A DNA stretch of 63,018 nucleotides, the filler included, from Dirinaria sp. TL-2023a (taxonomy: Eukaryota): assembly GCA_051941275.1 (NCBI GenBank). It is 3 parts of 3 records of this genome, joined end to end, with 100 filler letters (N's around TTAATTAATTAA, not from the genome) between each part and the next. Parts side by side here need not be neighbours in the genome. Positions count along the whole stretch, not along the records: positions 42,174 to 63,018 come from JAVEBF010000274.1; 2 more parts are not named here. One strand, given 5' to 3'. Under the pieces are notes generated by a model. It was not told the DNA's origin. It saw only the letters and a program-made list of their open reading frames with translations, and ran no database searches. A program made the position numbers and the translations under genes. Shown here piece by piece: positions 50,502-62,432 of the stretch. How positions within the stretch are numbered: position 1 is the first letter of the stretch; the number at the start of each line of letters is the position of its first letter.

Positions 50502-50816
50502 TAGGCTGAGGAGTTTGCAGGATGTTTGCTCTATAGATTCAAGGTCCGATCAAAGACCACCACTGATCTTGTGAAAAAGTTGCAAAGAAATTCAAGATGT
50601 CGGCTGTGCGCGGACCTGCAGAATCTGAAACCTGTGTTTAGGGTTGTGAGTGAGAAATCTTGAAGCCCTGCCTCCCTGATGAGCATTTCGAAACATTGTT
50701 TTCGAGTCTCATGTGTTGTCCTTGATTGATAACGTTGGCACCAAGGTAACCCAATTGAAGAATACCTTCTAAAAATTGTCATTGAGAATCTTCCAATATA
50801 GCACGGAAAGGCATTA

Positions 50817-51827
50817 ATGGCGGGTCCGGCGGCGCTGGTTGTACCGGCGTTGACAAGGCATACTGCAACTGTAATTTGGGCCCATGGTCTCGGGGATACG
50901 TACGTGATTACTTTACTTTCCCAGGAACCAATTTGACATGACCTTAGCTGATCTAGATAGTGGCTATGGATGGTGAGTGCTGCACTACCGCCCTAGCTTG
51001 ACGTTTCTCATTGAATCCAAGGTCACCCATTGCAGAGAATTGGAGACGAAGAGGGAAATTTGAAGAGGTCTCATTCATATTTCCAAATGTACTATATTGA
51101 TCATCAGCTATCTTTGCCGCCCTTATTGACAGCTGATAGGCTCCAAACATCCCGATTACGGTGGTTAGTCAAGTCTCTCGACAAGTAACGCAAGACAAGA
51201 ATGACCACTGTTAGAATTTCGGCATGAGAATGCCTGGGTGGTACGATATAGTAAGACCACGAGACACTGTTTGAGTCCCTTGCATTTTTACAATGTCAAT
51301 ATGCGTCCGTCACCTGAGGCTGGCTCTGACGTGGGTAGACAAATTTCGATGAACTAGCTCAGGCACACGACCAAGTAGGTATACTGCGAAGTCGAGACTA
51401 CTTCAATTCCCTTATCAGGGATGAAATGGGAAAAGGCATCTCTTCGGATCGCATCATCCTTGGTGGCTTCTCCCAAGGTGGAGCAATGTCCATCTTTGCT
51501 GGCATTACGTGTCCAGAAAAGCTTGCTGGCATTGTCGGTCTTTCGAGCTACCTACTCATGGAGAACCAGATGGAAGATCACGTACCAGCTGAGAATCCAA
51601 ACAAGGAGACACCGATATTCATGGGCCATGGTGCTGTTGATCCGTTGGTGAAGACGGCCTGGGGCAAGCAGACTGCGGAGAGGTTAGAGGGATGGGGTTG
51701 GAAAGTTGATTTCAAGTTGTACCCAGGCCTTGCCCATTCAGCGGATCCGAAGGAGATTGATGATCTGGAAGCCTATATCCAGCAGAGGCTGCCTCCTGTT
51801 GGCGAAGGTGATAGCTTGAGAACTTGA
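50817..51827 (+). CDS. Acyl-protein thioesterase 1 / phospholipase-carboxylesterase, 6 exons
   Basis: HTATVIWAHGLGD, FIFPNAPNIPITVNFGMRMPGWYDI (assembled from small exons), GGFSQGG, FMGHGAVDPLV, GLAHS. Confidence 0.92.
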
Positions 51828-52321
51828 GTAGGTGAAAGGAATCTGCCAAGCTTGTTTTCTTCTATTGCCTGTGACTTTGCTTGCATGTTTGAGGAAGAGT
51901 TTCAGCGCAAATCAAGGATTTGGAGAAAGCAGAGTGCAGAGATTTGATGGTTTGCGTTTCTAAGCTGGGTTTCCATTGATCATTCGATGGAATCCTGGGT
52001 TTTCAAAAGAATGTTAAAAGAAGAAAAAATTTATCGAGATCTTTGCTGTGCTCGCGAGGCTTATATGATGCGATAGATATACATTTATTGCAATCGCCCA
52101 CTAGTAATACTAAGGTACTTATTGAATGGCGAATGGTTGGAAGGCTTGCTTACCTCATGGTGGGGTTGAGGGACACACCCCACTTGATCCAAACACGGTA
52201 TCCATTCCTGTTCGCAGGTCTACAGTAAAGTAGAGTAAAGAGGCTGAAGTCATAAATTTCAGATTTCATACATCTCCATTGTACAAAGAGAACCTGACAG
52301 CACAAGAACTCCGCAAGGACG

Positions 52322-53055
52322 ATGTCTGGGCCTTCGGCTGGCGACCCTTTTCCTGAAGGCGTTGAGTTCACGTGTGACCCATGCACAATGTGTGGTGCGC
52401 TGCAAAGCTAACGATCTTCACTCTATAGATGGGTTCCCTATACAGAGGAGTCTGAAGCCATGACCTCTTGCGGCCGACCTCAGCCGTATAATGCCAGTAA
52501 AGAGTTTGCGCACAAGAAAGTCGTTCTGTTTGCCGTACCAGGTCCGTCTCCAGACCAGCTCTGGCGATAGCATACCAGGCTAATCACTAAATCAATCTCA
52601 CAGGAGCTTTCACACCGGGCTGCTCGGCTCGTCATCTTCCTCCATACCTCGAAAACCTTTCTGAGATAAAGTCCAAAGGGGTGGATCTTGTCATAGTCAT
52701 CGCTTACAACGACGCTTGGGTGATGAGTGCCTGGGGAAAAGCGAACAACGTGCGAGGAGACGACCTTGTAAGCTACATCTAAAGATGTAGCAACATTATC
52801 AAATCTAACTACTGCGTTTGATGCAGCTCTTCATGTGCGACATCGACCTCGAATTCTCAAAGAAGATCGGATGGACAAAAGGAGAACGAACAAGCAGATA
52901 TGCTATGATTATTGATCATGGCAAGATTACCTATGCAGAGAACGAGCCTGGGAGTGACGTAACGGTGACTTTAGCCCCAAAAACAGAACAGTCCGTGAGA
53001 AACTGACGATGTAAAACAGGTATCGGGGGCGGAAGCTGTGATGTCACATCTATGA
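52322..53055 (+). CDS. Peroxiredoxin, Pmp20/Ahp1/Asp f3 type, 5 exons
   Basis: Spliced: [83 protein letters not shown] (PTS1-like SHL). Confidence 0.9.
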
Positions 53056-53867
53056 AGCTCACAGTCACTCTATCGCTAGCCGAGCACAGTGGCAGTATCT
53101 TCCGCATTAGTGGCTCTTCTGGTTCTGAGAAAAGACCTTGCCGGGCAAGAATCCTGCGCATACCTTGAGGACACCTTTCGATCCTGTAGCTCGAGTCTGC
53201 AGGATGGATGAATGCCCTCGAAGACTTCACTGCAGAAGAGCATCTCATTGCCTCATTTACACTCTTAAGATCTGATCGAATAACCAAGTCAACGAGCTCA
53301 TGCATGCGCGAAATTGAGCCTGAGAATGACAGCAGTAAGACTCCATCCAATATCTAGTACAATGAACCTTCGTTGTATGGAGTCGGAATTCTAGGCCTAT
53401 TACTTCCCATGATCCGAAAATCCCAATGGCCACAAATGTGATACGTTTGAATCTTACCTTGACTGACCTAGCGGTGTCTTGATTCATGTTCGTGATTGCA
53501 CTTCCAATGCTCTTACTATGCCCTAAACTGGTTCAACAGTTTATCAGATTGACGATGACCGTTGGTTGAAAAAATACATGTAGTAAATCATCATCTCGCC
53601 ATCGTGTCTTTGTCTTAAAGTACCAGGATTCTAACGGGTTTGATTCCTAACAGCCCGTTACGTCAGGTCTTACAATGCGACTCCTTATGGAGATTTACCG
53701 TGTACCTTAGCGAGCTTAGGTTCCCTAAAAAAGCCCAAAGAAGAAAGGCTTTGGCCCGGAGTTGTGCCGACCAATCATCGATGCCGCGCCTCCGCTTGGC
53801 CCTTCAAGAAGTGCTCCTCTCTGGACTTACGTCCTAGCGATACGCTCTGCAAAAGCATGAAAACAAG

Positions 53868-54475
53868 ATGTTCCGTTTTGTATGACCATCTCCTCCAAAC
53901 ATAGCTCCAGGTCGACAGCTACTGACGTATTGTGCCAATGAATAGCACAAGACCCTTGATGTCATAACCCTCTTCCACCGACCAAGTGCTCCTTCCTCAC
54001 TTCGTGTCCTGACACAGCTCAAGCAACTCTCTGCTCACGCATCAGAGACTGCCACGGAGGACCAAGCGACCGATCATACTCACCAGAATAAGTTGCAGAG
54101 GACACAATTCGAGCTCAATGTGACGGAAGAGCCCCCAACAAGTGACCAAGTCCGGACTATACTTGAATATGTGGGAGAAAGGAAAGCCAGCCAGCTTGTT
54201 GATGGCGCTAGAGACGCTAAGGATGCTATTCGAAAGTTGAAAGAAGATAGTCGCAGGTTCAAGGTTCCAGTAGTACGTCCAGAGGTGCGGTATGCGACTT
54301 GAGGGTCTTGATACTGATTCTCCTTAGACAGTCGACTGGAACAATGGCAGAGCTGGCAAGCCCCTTCTCCCAAGGAGTCTTTCATGGATGCTGATATTGA
54401 GTAGTCATTGGAGACGACCGGTCTGAGATAATGAAGATGATTGCAAAACTCCCTGAAGAGACAAGCTCTGTATGA
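53868..54475 (+). CDS. Fmp46-like (DUF1687) thioredoxin-fold protein, 4 exons
   Basis: MFRF|HKTLDVITLFH..FELNVTEEPPTSDQVRTILEYVG..FKVPV|TVDWNNGRA|VIGDDRSEIMKMI; last intron is GC-AG. Confidence 0.82.
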
Positions 54476-55421
54476 TCGGAGAACTCAAAGCTAGCATAGG
54501 GAATAAGTAAACAAATTTCCCGACCATCCATTTGGCTTCAATCGCTCTGGTATGGTAATGTGGCAACTCGAACAAGTTCCCGCATATTCGCGTCTCGTTC
54601 GCGCGATCCAAGTTCGGAAGTTTCGTCAATATGGAAATGCTGATCCCCGAAGCAATCAAAATCTGAATGGGACCTTTCGGATACTCAGTACATTCTCAAT
54701 GCGTTGCTGGCTTGTGTGACGGCCATGGAGGCAGACTTGCCTGTCAATGCGTGCTGATTTGTCTCGAGTCTTACTGTTCATATGTGCAGCGAGACGCTGA
54801 GGAAGTATTCGCAGCAAAATCGAAATGAATGCTTGTTGTTAGCCTTGCCCTGTCCACTAATGATGAGCAGGGTAATGTCAGCCTTTTCATCATTTCTGTG
54901 GGGTTGAGACCTGCCACTAGTAACTTTGGTACTAATGACAGACACTACAATTGCGATAGTAGGTTACTAGGTAGCATCCTTAGGTTTCCTAGACAAGGCA
55001 ACACGGTCAAGGTGAAGTCAACTATCTCCACTGAAAGTTGTTCCCCTCATAAATTGTAAACAAAAACAATCAGACAAAGCATGCTGAGAAGCTGAAAGAT
55101 AATGAGGTATCAACTCTTCACATCTACAAAAACTTCCAACTTCCACTATTGCGATGAGTGGCAGTGTTGTAGTGATACCTACCTCCTTTTTACCCTCCGC
55201 TGCTTAGCTCCTTCTTGATCTACCAGACCAGCCCCTTACCTTGACGTATCTTAGTTTCTTGAAGCTCTTAGCTTCTCTAGCCGCATCTTGCGGCATTCTT
55301 CAGATCGACTTTGGCTACGAATTTGCCCACAAGCCTATCGTAGTATCAAATACGATCATTCAACTACCAAGCAGCCACCCTTATCTAGTAACGTATTGCA
55401 CACGCTTTCGCTTCTTTCGTG

Positions 55422-58400
55422 ATGGAGCCGGAGCCTTCCATCTCGCGACAAGCATACTTCTCCACCAACGGTGGAAAGTGGGCTCCTCAGCCTATTCCTG
55501 CGGTTCGCTCACACGCTATTGTTAGGGGTGACGTTCCAGACATAGATGGCCGCGATGAATACGTTGCGAGACTACGACGAGAATTTCCAAAAAAATGCAA
55601 GGAGATTCTCAAACCGCCTGATCGTCCTTACGGTATCTATGATTACTTCGATGGCAAAGACATTTCAATACACAGCGCGAAGTACCTTTTCGCCATTCTT
55701 GACCGCATCGCCGGGGAAAACCTCCACCGCATCCAAAAGCTTGAGTTATTTGTCGAAAACTGGATGAATAGCAATGGGAATCTATTTTGGAGTCTTGCCG
55801 AAAGACCGACAGTCCAGGAGATCTTCAGTCAGACAGATATTGACGAATATTGTAAGGAATGGTTGGAGGACTCTCTGGAACGGATTTGGTCACGGCGAGC
55901 CCACGAAGCGGCGAATGGTATGTTTGGATCGCGCAGAAGCTTGCCGTTGCTGACTTGCCAATCTCCAGGTCATCCCACGCACGCGCAATTGCCTGACCGT
56001 GGCAACTTCCACAGCGATCCAGAACAATGGGTACGTGATCACGTCAACGAAGACCAGATGCAGAATATACCGAGCGCGACTCCGAAGGACATTGTCTCAA
56101 CCGTCTGGGCAGGGAATCCATCATCGCAAATTCAGTCCCATCGAGCTCGACCTCAATCTGGTGAAGTTGATCTCTATTCGGTGCCACCACCTCAACCTCG
56201 GCCGCGGAGGCTTCCCGTCCCCATGCCTGTGTCGAACGATGCTCGTGTGCTCGAAGACATTGAAGCCCAAAAGGTAAGGGAGAAGCAACTAACCCTTGCT
56301 TCCGGCAGTGTTAAGTTGGGTCTGCCCGTCATTCCTGAATCCTCTCGGTCGCCTTGTGAAGAGGGTTATCAATCTCAAGAACCGCTAGAAAACAACCAGT
56401 TCGTGGATCAATCACTTTTCCATGGGCCGCTAGCGATCGACCAGGATGCAAATCCACCTTACTCTAGCATCAACTCGTCTATTGACCTCGCTCCAGCAGC
56501 AGGACTTAGGGTAGGAAACCACCAGCGTGAGCGTTCAGTTCCACGCGTGCAGCCTCTGCATGCGAGACCGCTGGCTCGCGGTCCAGTATTGACGCCTTTG
56601 CTTACGCCCGCGCTACCGCCAGCAATTAAACCTTCCAAGACGCGTCAATACCCCATACCATATCCGAGCTACTATGGCCCTCAGCCCCAGCCGCCTCAGT
56701 CTCCGAACTACCCACTACCCTCCGACGGCCCACTCTCAAGCTATCAGCGGCGACGGAGCGGCAGCGGCCAGTCACGGCTGAGCAGCCAGGGAATGAATAA
56801 TAGACGAGCATCGTCGGCATCTGAGGAGTTCGGTCATATTCAACAGCAGCGAGACAGCTCATGTCGTAACACCATTGACCAATCGATATTCGAATGCAGA
56901 AAGCTCTGGGTTGGTAATCTTGTTGCATCAGATTGCTTCGAGACACTACAAGCCATTTTTCGCGAATGGGAACCTATTGACATTAGTAAAATTTTTCACA
57001 GTAAAATTTTTCACAATAGCAAGAAAGCATGGCCAAATAATCGGCGCTGTCGGTTTGCTTTTGTCACGTAGGCAGCCCATCGAAGTTATCGTACATTACT
57101 TTGCTAATGATAATTCAGCTTTCCAACTTCAGGTCAAGCAGCTGCTGCCATGGAAAACGTAAATTGCGTAAAAATAGCACTGCTCGGTGGCCGAGAATTG
57201 TCAGTTGATTATGCTTACCCGACTGCCCAGGATCAATATGTGTCGTCGTTTTACAGCCATCCGTCGGACAGCCAGCAATGGAGCAATTCATTTAATCAGG
57301 TTATTCCATACGAACCAGTGCCTCTAGCACTTGGATCGCGCTCAGCCTCCGCTGCATCGCGCACCCCATCTCAACAAAACCATGGTCCTGTGCAAGACTT
57401 CTCTCGTGGCGCTGCTGGCCCATCGTACGTCGGCAAAGAAGAGGTGGTCGTCCATATGGACTACGGGTTCAACCAGCCATCCGCGTTAGAGGCAACTTCG
57501 CTGCCGAACTGGTCACAGCCTACCGCTCAACTTTCGAAAGTAACACAGGAACATTCCATCGAATTCCCGACGTCTACTACGAGCCTTCAATCTGAAATGG
57601 AGACTGCACTGCTAGATCATGCAAATCAGGGGCTGACTGAGCATATTAATAGCCAGGCGTACAACGAACATGCACCACAGCCTGCGCTTGGTGATGACAC
57701 TGCAGCTGACGCTAGGTCCCAAGCTTCTGAGGTAAGGGAAGTTCTACATGAACGTCAGGACCAAATCGAAGAACGCAGCAAATCCAATGTTTCCAGAGGA
57801 TCCGAAAGCTTCCCTGGTCCCAACGAGCTAGAAGTGACTGCGCGTGACTTCGCATGCAAGTCTCCCAATATCATTATCGAGCCCAGCTCTAATGTACAAA
57901 AAGAACATGTCCAACATGATTCTCCAGTTGCCGAATCTCCTACCCAATCTATGATCGGCCTAAGAGAAGCTCCTGACCCAACGAATGTCGATGTGAGTAC
58001 TACCCGGACGTTGATTGACCGGCCTGATCTCGAGTCTAATCAATCTGCCAACATGAAGCAAGCCGAAGACGGCCTTGATCCTAGCCCTAAACTGGGCACT
58101 AAAGGAGCTCAAGGTCCCGAAGGCGGGAAGGACAAAATAGAAGCCAGCAACACTACGGAGGGAACAGTCCAGAACTTCAAACAGCCGCCAGCCATGGACA
58201 TGACAAGTATTTATAGCGAAAGTGCAGCAGACAGGCCAGTGAAGGATGGACAGCCTGTAAAGATCTGGAAACAACCGCCAAAGAACAAGTCCAAGCAGCG
58301 TAGAGCTTCGAGCTCTCAGCAAGAAGCCAGTGCAATCCCCATATCTAGCACGGTTTCGGCTAGTCAGACCTTCGCACAGGAAAAACCTATGGTTGAGGTC

Positions 58401-61400
58401 ATGAACGATCAAATTTTCGATAAAATACCCCCGGAAGGATCAGCCTCTCAAGAAATGACCCGCGGCGATAGCAGCTCCTCGCATGAGGTTACGCAGACAC
58501 CTGCACAGGGTGTGATGTCAACGCAGCCGACCACATACGCGCCTTCTGAAGTGTCTGAGACAGAAAACCTGGCTATTCAGGAGCAGCGAACCGTCACTAC
58601 CAGATATGATGGATACGAGAAGAAGCAAACTAGTAGAGAAGGTCTAAAGACTGGTAAACGAGACCCCAACGAAACTATGTATGAGGCCTATGGCACAACT
58701 GGTGAAAACGAAAGCACTACAGCCAAAGAACACCCTCGTTACCCCAGACAGTCATCGAAGAAACTCCTGCCAACCATTACCCCGGCAGTGCCTGACTTTG
58801 ACAAGATCCGGCAATTGCATCGAGACGAACAACGACTTCAGCGCATTCAGCAGCGCTTGGAGAGCGTGGCAACGGGTGAAGCTCTTCAGTCTCTATCTGC
58901 TAAGAGAGATGACTCAAAGCTTCGAACGAGCCATTCCACAAGTGACAAGGCTCCGAACTCCCTGCCAGTAGAAAAGGCTGAACAGTTCGTTGGTCGGGCC
59001 AAGCTTAGGTCCAATGGCATCAAGTTAACACCCTCGTTCGAACGCGACGATACCGCAGACGAGGAAACTCTTTTCCACGTCGAAGATACTGCACTTCCTA
59101 ACGAGTCTAGTCCAGATCAAGTGGATAGCATCAATACATTATGCAAATCGGCTTCAGAGGAAACACCACTTAACATTCTTGGAGAGACGAAACGCTCGGA
59201 GTCTGAAGTCTCTTCTGATAGTGAAAAAGTTGGGTCTTTCTCATCCACGGAAGCCGCAGCGCCTGCAGAAGGGTTGCAAGAGGAGTCGAAAGCTGAAGCA
59301 GTACTTAACCTTATGCCCACAGATCTTGAAGACTCCGAACCTGATGTAGCCCTCAATGTCGGTGCACAAGCTTCTCCTGTTGAATCAGAAATGGTTTCAG
59401 TGGGCCCTATAGTGACACATAAGAGGAGAAAAGTTCGTGAGGGTACTCTATCGCAAGATCATCTTGCATCGTTGGAGCCTAAGTCTACTTGCGATGATAA
59501 TCTCGGTCATTTGACGGGCTCGAACGACTCTATTGACATCTCCCAGGAAAAGTCAAATACAGAATTTGAAACGCAACGCCAGGATTCTCCAGATACGGTT
59601 CAGGAGCAGTCCGTGAGTCACACAAAGTCAGAGCTCGGCGAAGAGCCCCAACCGCCCACCTCAATTGGTGCTGGAACTCCCAGAGGCTCGGTGATGAGAA
59701 AGAAGAGGAAGAACAAGCCAAAAAGGAAAAAGCCGAAATCCTCTAGCATCAATACACCAACGGAAGCAAAATCCTCTACAATCAATACACTATCGGAAGC
59801 TGCTGGTCCAAAAAAGAATCTACCTGCGCCCGAGATGCCTTACCAAATTGATCCGGATCCTTCAACGGCTCGTCAGGCTCCAATCCATGAGCGGCAGCCT
59901 AGGCTTGAGACTTCTAAAGAGCAGATCAATCCACACTTTGTGTCGTTCAGCCGCGCTGCAGATGATTACTATGGCCAGAAAAACGCTACATACCTCCCTT
60001 GGTTTCCTTCTGAAATGAATAGTGCCCTAGCAGTTGGCAGCGACAAGGATGATTCGGACCCACAAGACGAGGAATCGTCTTCAAAGTTGTCGCCCGAGTC
60101 GCGAGCACGAGATATAGCACAAGCAATGAAAGACTGCGGATACATCATCGAAGAGGTAGTCGACGACGAAGAGCTTGAAGGCGACGATGAGATGGGTCAA
60201 GATGACTTCTCCGAGCAGAAAGACAAGCCGCAGCCGACAAGCATGTTCACCTCTGACGAGTTCACGGTCTTAAGTGCTCTAGGCAATCTTACCCGCACTA
60301 CAATCATAGAGAATCACGGCGACCAAGACCGATCTACGATTTTAAACGAGCTACCAGCTGATATTGTTGAAAGCTACATAGAGGGTTCTTTGACCCGTGA
60401 TTCTGCGAGGTTCCAATCCTTGGAGGAAAGTGTCAAAACAAAAGTGAAGCGGCTGGCGGCGCTCGACCTTAGAGAAGCTTATCTCAGGACAATGAGGGAG
60501 AATGATGACTGCAGCAGTGATTCGCCATCAACACCGGATGATGATCATTCTGTGAGTCCGGATCTGAATACTACCGTTGAAGCCACAGTTACATTGGCCA
60601 CTAGTCGTGTGTCCAGAGATACGGGAGGAGGTGAGGCTTCCAGAACCCGTCCAAGTACCGCGCCACAGAAGGAAAATGAGAGACCGACGACAGATGGTCC
60701 TATGGCGGCATCTATATCGAGCTCGAATATCCATGCACCCCAGGAATTTGTCAGAATTAAGCATGGAGACGGCAGTGAAGAAGTAATCCCTGCAGTCGAA
60801 AAGAGTGTTCGAGCGACAGTGGTAGCGCCAGATCCGACCTCAGACCATCCTTCATCAGTAAGCACAGCTCCTGAAGAGAAAATTGTGCCTGAAGGAGCTG
60901 CAAATGATATCAAGGCTTCTTCCGGCACCAGATCAGCACCCAACTACGTCCTGAACGGCATTATCTATACAAAGAGTCCTGGTACGGACGACGGATACAC
61001 AATCGACTACGAATTGCATGAAGACGATGAAGCAGTTTTAGATACAGAGGAATATCGCTTTGACTATGTGACTCGCAACGGCGCAATTGTATGGAAGCGT
61101 GAGGGGTTTGACGAGAATGCTCCCCCATCGAGCTCTACAATGAAGTTGAACATGGGCCAACTGATTTTTAGCAAAGCGGGATCGCTAGAGAATGGGGAAA
61201 TCGTAGCAGTGAGCGCGACAGAGGCAAGCGCTCTCAAACGAGGACAAGAGCAAGGACCCAACTCGAATGTTCCAGTGCCTAACTATTTCCGCCACGGCGT
61301 CATCTATACGAAGGTTCCCTCAACACTGCACAAATACACGATCGCATACAAACTCCAACCATTCGACCAGTCAGTCATGAACTGCGAAGACAATTGCTTC

Positions 61401-61781
61401 GACTTGGTGCTCCGCAACCGCGAAATTGTCTGGGCTCGCGAAGGCCTCAAGGACATTGAAGACGTCGATTTGATCAACCGCTGCGTGTTTAATTTCTGGC
61501 TTCAACCTCAAAACCAAGATTATAAAGTCGGCGACATCATCGAGGTTGTTAAGGGACAGGGAAAGGCAAATAGGAATGGGGATGCGAAGAAGAGGAAGAG
61601 AGGGCTGACGAGGGAGGATAAAGAGAAAGAGAGGCCGTTTCTAGAGAAATTGCCGCCCCCATTGGAGACTTATCTTCCGGAAAGGGAGAGAGGTCGGAGT
61701 ACGGGCCGTAGACTTGGGGATTTGGATTGGGGCGTGCCAAGGGGAGAGCCGGCTTGGGGTACCGGTGGTAGGAAGAGGTGA
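55422..61781 (+). CDS. Very large (~2,000 aa), mostly low-complexity protein with one RRM domain and a duplicated C-terminal domain
   Basis: ORFs 55419-57071 and 57150-61781 joined by intron 57068-57118 (GTAGGC..GCTAAT..CAG), which reconstitutes RNP2 KLWVGNL and RNP1 RFAFVTF..AAAAM..GGRELSVDYA. Probable in-frame intron 55918-55968. NLS-like RKKRKNKPKRKKPK. Confidence 0.75.
59736..59801 (+). repeat. 33-nt imperfect in-frame tandem duplication (KSSSINTPTEA/KSSTINTLSEA)
   Basis: aaatcctctagcatcaatacaccaacggaagca / aaatcctctacaatcaatacactatcggaagct. Confidence 0.8.
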
Positions 61782-62432
61782 TTGCCAAATGGAATGGGGA
61801 GCTCACCAGCGTACCGGGCAGCATGGGGTTTTACTGAGGGGGGGGGTTTGCCAATGAAATTGGATGCGACTTGTTTTTTTGCTTTTACTTTTGAGCGGTT
61901 GGAGAGGTTTCCTGTGGTTTTCGTTAAAATTGACTTTTTTCGGCAATCGAGCCTGCATTGTTGGGAAGGAATAAAACGGAATGGAACTAACCATTGGGTG
62001 CTCGGGGAGACTTTCATTAATTCTATTCTATCGGCTATGGTTAACTTCTCTCATTCCTGAGGAAAGGGTCAATACGTTGTATCGTGTTAGGACCGGTGCA
62101 AGAGGATGCAGATACTATCAACTAGAAACATGAGAAAGAAAATCTAGATACAGTGAGGGGATGGTAATTCAAAGGTAAATGTGTGACTATTGAACCCTGG
62201 AGCAGATATGCGTATCGGTATTCGAGCACGCTATTCCTCATGTTGTAAGGGAATCGTTGTGTAATCCTAGGCTCTAGATTGCTAGATGGCTCTGGAAAGT
62301 GATCTGCATCAATGGTCTGGAAAAATCGATCTGTATAAGTTCTATATGAAAATGATTACATTTTTTTTTTATTCTTACTCGATTCAACACCCACAAGGGG
62401 CCTATGCGAGATCTATATACTTATATCGGCGG

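Noticed and set aside
50130..54475. DUF952, thioesterase, peroxiredoxin and fmp46-like genes as a 'redox cluster'
   Set aside because: Ordinary housekeeping genes; adjacency alone is not evidence of a functional cluster.
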